Shown here one piece after another: positions 56,703 to 64,000 of a DNA stretch of 64,000 nucleotides. The notes under the pieces are model-generated. The model did not search any database and was not told the DNA's origin. It was given only the letters and a program-made list of their open reading frames with translations. The stretch is from positions 358,479-422,478 of the forward strand of contig JACPEJ010000001.1 of assembly GCA_016183565.1 (NCBI GenBank). Direction: 5' to 3'. The translations under genes were made by a program, and so were the position numbers. The stretch's first letter is position 1. Every line of letters begins with the position of its first letter. This stretch comes from Candidatus Blackburnbacteria bacterium. GTDB taxonomy: Bacteria; Patescibacteriota; Microgenomatia; UBA8517; UBA10165.

Positions 56703-59700
56703 ATGTGGTTCAAGTCAAAAGACAGGTTTTTACTGATTGGGATTTTATATGTTCTTGTGGTTCTTGTGGCATTATTTATCTTGACACTTACGTGGTTACC
56801 TCCGGGTTACACCCTGGCGGGACACGATTCGGGTTTGCCACTTGACGCAAAGGAATTCTTACGAACGCGTCTTTATGCTTGGGATGATCGCTTGGGTTTT
56901 GGCTTAGACAATTCTGTTAACCTTGGAAGCTTAACGATCCATTTTTTTGACTGGCTTTCAGCTATCATTGCTGGGGTACCGTATTCGGGTAACTACATCT
57001 CCGTCTTTTTTTGGTTAAGTTTAATTTTTGTATCAGCATTCTTCTTTGCATATCAATTAAAAGATATTTTTGGAAAAACTTTCATTTTTATCTTGCCGCC
57101 TCTTGCAACATTTAACTTTTATATTTTTCAGTCAGTTTTTATGCTTGAGAGAGGCAAGTTTGGAGTTTTCTCAGCAATGCTTATTCTCCTGACGGTGTAT
57201 TTTAGAGTGCAGAGTAGGAAAATGCGTGTTTTTTCGGCAGCTCTAATCTCATCGGTGGTATTCTCGATATTTAACGGCGGAGGACTATTTGGAATTACAT
57301 TATTTGGCGGAGTAGTTCTTGTGTTGGGACTGATGTTTCTTTCCTCGTTGTTTGCTGCGATAAAAGAGGATCAGTACAAGGATTTTAAGAGAATCATTTC
57401 CTTTTTGCTTCTAACAATTGCCCTCTACGTCGCATTTAATGCGTATTCGCTTCTCCCTTTTTTTGCTCATTATATCAAAGACGATCCAACCGCTATTTTC
57501 AAAGAATCACTTGCCAGAGTCAATCAAGAATGGCTTGAGTATGTGAGTCGGTCTGCGTCATATTTAAATTTATTTAGATTTTATGGTGTTCCGGATTGGT
57601 ACGGAGGATGGGAGGTATTAGACAAAGCAGATCCTTCTCACCCATACGCTTCTTTTTATCTTAACAACAAAGCCCTGGTCTTTATCAGTTTCCTTTTTCC
57701 TGTGTTTTCTTTCTCCAGTTTGCTATTGGCAAGACGCGGATTGCAGAGAAGAATTCTGGCCACTTTTGGAATGATTGCACTTTTGGGTATTTTCTTGGCT
57801 GCTGGTTCCCATAGGCCATTAGGATTCATCTACGAATTTTTGATGGAAAAATTGCCAGGTTTTGTGCTGTTTCGCTCAGCTTTCTACAAATTTGGAATTT
57901 TTTATCTGTTCGGCATGCTTGTTATGCTTGCTTTTACGATCAGTTTTTTGCTCGAGAGGCTCTCGGGTTTTCTACCCCCAAGGTTGGCTAAGGTTTCACT
58001 TGTGGTAGGTGTCTTTTTGTTTCTGGGACTGTGGTTTGGCTACCATTGGGTGTTGTTTGATGGTGCCAAGGTTTTTGCTTGGAAGACCGATCAAGCGACA
58101 AAGGTTCATGTGCCTTCTTATGTCTATGATTTTTCAAGTTGGGTGGAAGGGAGTGACTTGGGTGAGAGGAGGATGCTTCTACTACCTCCTGTCAATAAAG
58201 ATTGGGAGGCCGATGCGTATAAATGGGGATATTGGAGTCTTTCGCCCTTACCGTATGCCTTAAGTTCCGTAAGTATTTTATCAAATTGGCATGCGCTGAC
58301 AAATGATGAGAGAGCTTTGGTTAATAATCTTTATAGCGCAGTAAGAGGAATGGATGAGGTTAGATTTTTAACATTAGTAGAAAAGCTTAATATTGGGTAT
58401 TTTCTAGTAAGACACGATGTGCTGGTTGATTCTAGCTGGTCTGCCGTCGAGCGGCCGGAGAACTATCAGAAAGCATTGGAGTCATTCACGAGTGTGGATA
58501 AAATTAAGAGCTTTGGAGAGTGGGACGTATACAAGCTTGTACTAGATAATGATACTGGAGTTTATGCAACCAGAGTGCTTAATATCGCTCCAGACAAATA
58601 TGTATCTTTGGCTAATGATTTTTTCGGACAAGGGCATTCAATTGATCTGTCTGCAACAAAGTTATACAAAGACATTGATTACATAGCTTCTAACAAGATG
58701 GAGGTTTATGACTGTTTATCCTGTCGCCTGGAACGAAAAGCAAGTTTACAGAGCCTTCCTGAGGTGAGTTTGCTTCCAAGCTCGATATTTTACCCCCTTA
58801 AAGAGAGGCAAGAAGAAGAGCTTTTGTCACAGTCTAAGGACCCTGGAAGTAAGTTGGCGGATTATCTTGGTTTGGTTTTGAGGAGAACTGCTGAGCAAAA
58901 AAGGATGATTGATATGGATGTGAAAGAAAAATATTTGATGCAAAATGCGAAAGTCATAAGGGGCTACTTGGACAAAGTTTACTCACAATTAGAATCTTCG
59001 CCGGAGATTTTCCAAGACTTTGAGACCGCAAGTCTATTTCGGGACTTCTTAGGCCCTGTTGAGCGTGTGCTTAACGATGATGTTAAAAGTAGTGCATTTA
59101 AAGCCTCTGACCGTAACTTTATTGATGAAACACTTGGTATTCTTTGGAGTATAAACAGGATTAACGATTTTTTTGCGCCTTTTTTAACAAATCCTGAAAG
59201 GTGGTCGAACCGGAAGGTTTATAAAATAGATCTGCCTGGGGATGGGGAATATAACTTGTTCTTTCCTGTATCCTCTTTCCCTCAACATAAGAATGGAGAG
59301 ACCATCCTTCCCAAATCTGTGGAGTTGAAAAAAAATAATTGGAAAAAGACATTAAAAGTTGAAGAGGAAAAAGATGGTTGGCTTAGAGCTCCTGTTGATT
59401 ATGAAATTAGAGGACAAGCGGAGCTTCTCTTGAATTTTGAAGAATTACCGAATTTGTTGACTATCGATAGTTCAGGGTTGGAGGAGTTTTCCTCTGGTAA
59501 GGCAGCATGTTTCCGGGGTAATATAGCAAACTTTGACAGGAAGCGAGTATACGAGATTAGGGTATGGAGGACCGATAGACTTAGGCCAGCAAGAGCTATT
59601 TTTAAAGATAGGTCTTTTGTTTATTCTGAAAAACATGGGTTTTTGCAAGGCGAAGATAGTTTTGAAATACCGGTGATCGCTGGTGGAGGGTTTGCTAGGT

Positions 59701-60197
59701 ATGTCTTCTTCCCTTCGGTTTCAGCAAATATCATCTCTTTGTATGTTTGTAGTGATAATGTAGATCTTCCGCAGATTGACAAAATTGAGGTTATAGAATC
59801 TTTTGCACCGCCGATTATTGGAGTGACTGGTTTTAATCTGCCTGCTAATTCACTTGTAAATGTTGACTATGTTCGCGCTAATCCTACAGGATACGAAGCT
59901 GAGGTGGGTGATGTACAGGTCCCGTATGTTTTAGTTTTGAACCAAAAGTTTAATCCCTCTTGGAGCTTGTCTGTTAAAAACAGGGATGGTAGTTCTACTC
60001 CACTTAAGGAGCATTTCAAAGTGGATGGTTATGCTAATGGTTGGCTTGTTAACCAGCCGGGTGCTAAGAAGTTCCAAATTGAATATACGCCGCAATCTGT
60101 GCTTCGTGCTTCTAGTATCTTTTCACTAATATCAGTGTTCGTTGGTATCTCTTGGCTTGTTGTTTTGCTGATTAGGAGCAAAAAGAATGGGAATTAG
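56703..60197 (+). CDS. Giant AftD/YfhO-like GT-C protein with internal DUF5667-like domain
   Basis: AGHDSG loop 1, LFRSAFYKF, internal LLPSSIFYPLK..RRTAE, C-terminal NQKFNPSW..HFKVDGYANGW..EYTPQ plus TM. Confidence 0.7.
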   Translation: MWFKSKDRFLLIGILYVLVVLVALFILTLTWLPPGYTLAGHDSGLPLDAKEFLRTRLYAWDDRLGFGLDNSVNLGSLTIHFFDWLSAIIAGVPYSGNYISVFFWLSLIFVSAFFFAYQLKDIFGKTFIFILPPLATFNFYIFQSVFMLERGKFGVFSAMLILLTVYFRVQSRKMRVFSAALISSVVFSIFNGGGLFGITLFGGVVLVLGLMFLSSLFAAIKEDQYKDFKRIISFLLLTIALYVAFNAYSLLPFFAHYIKDDPTAIFKESLARVNQEWLEYVSRSASYLNLFRFYGVPDWYGGWEVLDKADPSHPYASFYLNNKALVFISFLFPVFSFSSLLLARRGLQRRILATFGMIALLGIFLAAGSHRPLGFIYEFLMEKLPGFVLFRSAFYKFGIFYLFGMLVMLAFTISFLLERLSGFLPPRLAKVSLVVGVFLFLGLWFGYHWVLFDGAKVFAWKTDQATKVHVPSYVYDFSSWVEGSDLGERRMLLLPPVNKDWEADAYKWGYWSLSPLPYALSSVSILSNWHALTNDERALVNNLYSAVRGMDEVRFLTLVEKLNIGYFLVRHDVLVDSSWSAVERPENYQKALESFTSVDKIKSFGEWDVYKLVLDNDTGVYATRVLNIAPDKYVSLANDFFGQGHSIDLSATKLYKDIDYIASNKMEVYDCLSCRLERKASLQSLPEVSLLPSSIFYPLKERQEEELLSQSKDPGSKLADYLGLVLRRTAEQKRMIDMDVKEKYLMQNAKVIRGYLDKVYSQLESSPEIFQDFETASLFRDFLGPVERVLNDDVKSSAFKASDRNFIDETLGILWSINRINDFFAPFLTNPERWSNRKVYKIDLPGDGEYNLFFPVSSFPQHKNGETILPKSVELKKNNWKKTLKVEEEKDGWLRAPVDYEIRGQAELLLNFEELPNLLTIDSSGLEEFSSGKAACFRGNIANFDRKRVYEIRVWRTDRLRPARAIFKDRSFVYSEKHGFLQGEDSFEIPVIAGGGFARYVFFPSVSANIISLYVCSDNVDLPQIDKIEVIESFAPPIIGVTGFNLPANSLVNVDYVRANPTGYEAEVGDVQVPYVLVLNQKFNPSWSLSVKNRDGSSTPLKEHFKVDGYANGWLVNQPGAKKFQIEYTPQSVLRASSIFSLISVFVGISWLVVLLIRSKKNGN

Positions 60198-60552
60198 AAA
60201 ATTCACTTTTGCAGATATAGAGAGGGTAGAAAAAACTCTTTTCCAATGGATTCTTCCAAAAAGGTATAGACTGGTACTTTTACTTTTTGTTATTTCTATG
60301 TTGACTGCCGCAGGGTTTGCCCCCTATTTTAATTTAATTCTAAATTTTTACATAATTGTGCTCGTTTCTCTTGTTCTTACACCCATTATTTTAAATGTGG
60401 ACTCTAAAATATTTTTTGTGGTAGGCATAGTGTGTTTTTTTCTTGCAGCACTTCTGTGGTTTATGGGTCAGACTGAAGAGGCAGAAGTTTTGACTGAATA
60501 TATTTTTATCATTCTACTGTCTGGTTCTTTTAAAGCTTTTCTGTCGTCTTGA
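60187..60552 (+). CDS. Small multi-TM membrane protein
   Basis: Overlaps the stop of the giant GT-C; hydrophobic; ends GQTEEAEVLTEYIFIILL. Confidence 0.7.
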   Translation: MGIRKFTFADIERVEKTLFQWILPKRYRLVLLLFVISMLTAAGFAPYFNLILNFYIIVLVSLVLTPIILNVDSKIFFVVGIVCFFLAALLWFMGQTEEAEVLTEYIFIILLSGSFKAFLSS

Positions 60553-62481
60553 TATCCAAAGAGAATATGAAAGTATTGTAAGAAGCGTAAAAATACTGAT
60601 AGTTCTACCTAGTTGATAACTCTCAGGGTAATAATACAGTTCGACGGACTGTATTTCGTTTCCGAATGTAACTTTTATTAATTTGTTAGTTGTTTCAACT
60701 ACTCTGATTTTTTTGCCATCATTTGTTTTTGCTTTCCATCCAGGGCTCCAGGTTTCAGCAAGAACCATTTCTTTCGCTTTGTGTTTTGATGTGTCAATAA
60801 TGATTTTGTTAGGTGAGTAATACAGAATCGGGGCTTCGATTTCTGATTTATTGCCTTTAGCAACGAAATATGCTCTAGATTTGAATAGTGTATTCTCGAA
60901 AACAAAAAATTTATCGAACTGTTTGACTAACTTGAAATCTATTCCAGTGAGCTTGTGTGGGCTGATAACGTACTTAACATTATGGTCTGCAAGTATTGAG
61001 GCAATAGGTTGTATCTCGCGGAAGTTATATATAGAAGGAGGGGGAAGCATTGACGTATATTTATCCCAAAAAACTTGCGATAGTTGAATGAACTGATTGT
61101 AATAATTTTTTTGGTAAATCGTGCCATAACCTTCGATCGTCTCGAGATTGTACTTTGCTACATCTTGTTGGGACAAACAACGGTTGACACAAAAAACACG
61201 GAAACGTTCTGGATCCTTTTTGAGGAATTCATATAGGGCAACTGGAACTTTTTCTCTTTGGTGGGGTATTGGTCTTTCAAGTCGTATCCACGAAAGTATA
61301 AGCAATTCGCCTATCGTTAGTGCAGCGAGTACTCCCGCAAGTCTTTTTAGTTTTTTCTTTTGAAGAGTCTCAAAACCAGAACCGGCAAGGAAGACTAAGC
61401 TCAAGATTACGATGAACCAGTTTCTTGTTGATACACGGCTTAAGACATACCAATCAGATGACAACAACAAAGGTTGGATTGGCGAAACGTTGTTGAGACT
61501 GATAAGAAATATCCCAGAAACAAAAAGGATTAGTAAAATTTTGAATTTGTTTTGGAGTTTTAAGAATCCGATTAAGGCAAGAATAGATATAAAAAATCCG
61601 ATGGCGATCCATTTTTCGGAGTCGAGATCGTTAATTAAATTTTTTCCACCAAAAACGTGAGGGTATATTGCTTTTATAAACTCAGTTTTTCCATTCCATT
61701 TAGGATATACATCGCGGTCTTGGAGCAATATAAATCGAGTAGTTTGGGGTAGCCATTCTAATTGCGGGAAGAGTGTTATTGCAGTAAGGCCAATAGTAAT
61801 GGCGATACCAAAACCCAGAAATATTAAGGTTTTCAGGGAACGATTCTTGGAAAAAAAATAACTTCCTCCGACAAATAAGACTGTTGATGCGGCCGCTGTG
61901 ACAAAAGTTGTTGCAAACGTAAAAAAAAGTCCCGATAGACTGATTGCTAAAAGTATAGACCATTTAAAATTCGGAAATTTAATTAATTTTATGGCAGCAA
62001 GTAAGAGGTATGGCATCCATGCCGTTGTCGCTACAAATGGAAAATGGCCTGTTTCTAGAAAACCTGCGGTTCTAGGGAAAGTAATGTAAAATATGGCGGT
62101 AAAAATACTGGATGTTTTTGAAAAACGTAACCCCTTTTTGGCTACTAGATAAGTGCCTAAACCTCCAAAAAAGGTGTGAAGTATGAACGATGCGATGAAC
62201 GCATAGTCAATTGGCAAGACAAGAAAAATAATATTTGGAAGATAAAACAAGAATGATCCTGGATCGGAAATGAGTGGTGTGCCTGAAAAAAACATATTGT
62301 TCCATAAGGGTAGTGTATGATTTTGAAGAAGAGATTCTTTTGTAAAGTAGAAAATTGGCCAGTAGAATTCCTGAAGGTCATTTCCGCGATTTAGAATGAT
62401 TGCTGGATTTAGGATCGCTGGTAAGTATAATAGTAAAGTTATAGCTAAAATTACTAATAGACAGGTTGTATTTTGTCTCAT
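60514..62481 (-). CDS. YfhO-family GT-C membrane protein
   Basis: RGNDL, PLWNNMFFSGTP, TGH, RVSTR and ETWSPGWKA motifs; C-terminal TM. Confidence 0.8.
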   Translation of the reverse strand: MRQNTTCLLVILAITLLLYLPAILNPAIILNRGNDLQEFYWPIFYFTKESLLQNHTLPLWNNMFFSGTPLISDPGSFLFYLPNIIFLVLPIDYAFIASFILHTFFGGLGTYLVAKKGLRFSKTSSIFTAIFYITFPRTAGFLETGHFPFVATTAWMPYLLLAAIKLIKFPNFKWSILLAISLSGLFFTFATTFVTAAASTVLFVGGSYFFSKNRSLKTLIFLGFGIAITIGLTAITLFPQLEWLPQTTRFILLQDRDVYPKWNGKTEFIKAIYPHVFGGKNLINDLDSEKWIAIGFFISILALIGFLKLQNKFKILLILFVSGIFLISLNNVSPIQPLLLSSDWYVLSRVSTRNWFIVILSLVFLAGSGFETLQKKKLKRLAGVLAALTIGELLILSWIRLERPIPHQREKVPVALYEFLKKDPERFRVFCVNRCLSQQDVAKYNLETIEGYGTIYQKNYYNQFIQLSQVFWDKYTSMLPPPSIYNFREIQPIASILADHNVKYVISPHKLTGIDFKLVKQFDKFFVFENTLFKSRAYFVAKGNKSEIEAPILYYSPNKIIIDTSKHKAKEMVLAETWSPGWKAKTNDGKKIRVVETTNKLIKVTFGNEIQSVELYYYPESYQLGRTISIFTLLTILSYSLWISRRQKSFKRTRQ

Positions 62482-62545
62482 TTGTTTCCTTAGGATATCA
62501 TAAATGTTGTTTTTACCTGGCAGGTATGTTAATCTTTTTAACAGT

Positions 62546-63064
62546 ATGAAGGTTACAGGCGTCATATTTTTTAGTTTTCTATTTGGTATTTTATCCTTTT
62601 CTTTTCCATATAGTGCTTTAGCTCAAACTGATACTGCTCCTGTTGCGGCTGAGGAGGTAACTTATGAAAAAGTTAATCCAGATGGTGGGTTTGCGTACCT
62701 CCAGAAGAGATTTAGTGAAAAGGCGAAATTGTTCTTTCTTTCTTTTTCGACGGAGCGATCGGAGGATTATTATAGGCAATTAGCTAATAGGAGGTTGGCA
62801 GAGGTGAAGTACATAATAGATCAAAATAAGATGGCTTATTTTGAAAAAGCTACAGTTAGATACTCAACAGCAGTTGGAAATTGGGTTGAGTATATAAATA
62901 AAAAAGGTCTAAGTCGCGAAAAAGAACCTGCGGTTCAACTTCTTTCGCAGCATGTACCGGTTGTTCAAAAGTTGATGGAGAAATACGATCCGACTACGGC
63001 AGAATGGCGTTTTGTTAAACACGATTTAGATTATTTAAATATTTATATTTCCCAGCTTAAATAA
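62546..63064 (+). CDS. Secreted DUF5667-like protein
   Basis: Signal peptide (..SALAQ); VNPDGGFAYLQKRFSEKAKLFF..YY..LANRRLAE. Confidence 0.7.
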   Translation: MKVTGVIFFSFLFGILSFSFPYSALAQTDTAPVAAEEVTYEKVNPDGGFAYLQKRFSEKAKLFFLSFSTERSEDYYRQLANRRLAEVKYIIDQNKMAYFEKATVRYSTAVGNWVEYINKKGLSREKEPAVQLLSQHVPVVQKLMEKYDPTTAEWRFVKHDLDYLNIYISQLK

Positions 63065-63092
63065 AGTTCAAAATCTTCTCTCCTCAAAATAA

Positions 63093-63121
63093 TTGTGCCA
63101 GTCTTGAGAAAAAGCTACAAT
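63093..63121 (+). promoter_or_regulatory. Promoter TTGTGC-17-TACAAT, ATG 6 nt downstream
   Basis: Motif spacing. Confidence 0.55.
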
Positions 63122-63127
63122 TAAAGC

Positions 63128-63295
63128 ATGTTTTTGCGCCTAGCTTTTTTGTGTATACTTTCTAGTTTTTTGCTCATTGCGCTTCTTCTTGCGACTGGGC
63201 ATCCTGGATTTGCTATTCGAATTGCTAATTATCTGTTTCTTCTAATTTTGGCTATAACGATAGTGGGCTTAATACATGGGAAAATTCAAAAATAG
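63128..63295 (+). CDS. 55-aa two-TM membrane peptide (not in ORF track)
   Basis: MFLRLAFLCILSSFLLIALLLATGHPGFAIRIANYLFLLILAITIVGLIHGKIQK*; has its own promoter and overlaps the next start. Confidence 0.65.
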   Translation: MFLRLAFLCILSSFLLIALLLATGHPGFAIRIANYLFLLILAITIVGLIHGKIQK

Positions 63296-64000
63296 TATCT
63301 TGCTTCTAGGTCTGGTTGTTATTCCAGTTATTTTGGTTTTTAGAGCATTTTTTTTGCTTGGTCCGGCGGTTTGGGGGGATGCTCCGTATTTTTACCCCGA
63401 AGCATTTAGGGATTTTTTCTCCGAGCCTCTTGTTTGGGAAAGCAGAGGCAGATTGGGAGTAGTGAATGATCTTTATTTTATTTATCCTTTGATGCTTATT
63501 TATCGGGGACTTGGTTTTTTGGGTTTAAGTAATGATTTGGTTATTCGGGCCCTTTTTTACTTTCCCGCAATATTTTTTGCTTTTTTATCGCCTTGGCTAC
63601 TCGCTCGATATCTTCGATTTTCGCCTATTGTGGTCATGTTTTCGAGTCTTGTTTATGTTCTTAATACTTACTTTATTCTTGTTGTTGACGGTGGCCAGGT
63701 GGGTGTTGCCTTGGCTTATGGTTTGTTTCCGTTTGCCCTTCTCGAGCTTTTTAAGTTAGTTGACAAAAGAGGAACTTCACAGTTTTTTACTAGCTTATGT
63801 GTGTTCATGTTACTTGTAATTGCTGATGTAAGGTTTGCGTTAATTGCAATTTTTACATTTTTTGTTTGGTTGGTTCTTAATCGGTTGAGTGTACAGCGGA
63901 GAAGGCTGATATTTTTTGGTATCGCTGTTTTGGCGCTTAGTTCGTATTGGTTGATTCCAAATTTGAGACTTGAACCGACTACTGGTTCTGGTACTAGATC
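63276..64000 (+). CDS. AftD/YfhO-like GT-C membrane protein, runs off window end (not in ORF track)
   Basis: Open frame MGKFKNSILL..AVWGDAPYF..YVLNTYF..DGGQVGVALAY..SSYWLIP. Confidence 0.75.
   Translation, partial: MGKFKNSILLLGLVVIPVILVFRAFFLLGPAVWGDAPYFYPEAFRDFFSEPLVWESRGRLGVVNDLYFIYPLMLIYRGLGFLGLSNDLVIRALFYFPAIFFAFLSPWLLARYLRFSPIVVMFSSLVYVLNTYFILVVDGGQVGVALAYGLFPFALLELFKLVDKRGTSQFFTSLCVFMLLVIADVRFALIAIFTFFVWLVLNRLSVQRRRLIFFGIAVLALSSYWLIPNLRLEPTTGSGTR

Noticed and set aside
1-64000. Mobile elements, prophage, tRNA/rRNA or defence systems
   Set aside because: No transposase, integrase, phage, nuclease or structured-RNA signatures recognised; intergenic gaps are mostly too short

Overview
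This 64-kb window is almost entirely one cell-surface glycosylation region. It is AT-rich and densely packed, and most likely comes from a Patescibacteria/CPR (Microgenomates-like) genome; this is inferred from the DUF5667-like proteins, the ArnT/PMT-like gene arrays and the scarcity of Shine-Dalgarno motifs. It encodes about 17 multi-pass GT-C-fold membrane glycosyltransferases (ArnT/PMT-, ALG6/8-, PIG-V-, YfhO- and AftD-like), eight of them in tandem at the start of the window. It also encodes about 15 soluble GT2/GT4 enzymes, a Wzx-type flippase, 7 stand-alone SAM methyltransferases, HddA, an NAD-dependent epimerase and AsnB. Smaller modules are a GMC oxidoreductase coupled to a divergent PyrD-like flavoenzyme, a HAD/nucleotidyltransferase/cupin operon, and two phosphodiesterases (2H and GDPD). 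The most notable observations are: (1) a DUF5667-like domain fused inside a giant GT-C, with two secreted stand-alone DUF5667 proteins and two small related membrane peptides nearby, suggesting an undescribed extracytoplasmic glycosylation system; (2) REP-like palindromes and non-triplet tandem repeats lying in frame within GT genes; (3) a GT-C remnant, a premature TGA and a poly-A frameshift; (4) many apparently leaderless transcription units. I saw no rRNA, tRNA, CRISPR array or transposase. All family calls come from motif recognition by eye, with no database searches.
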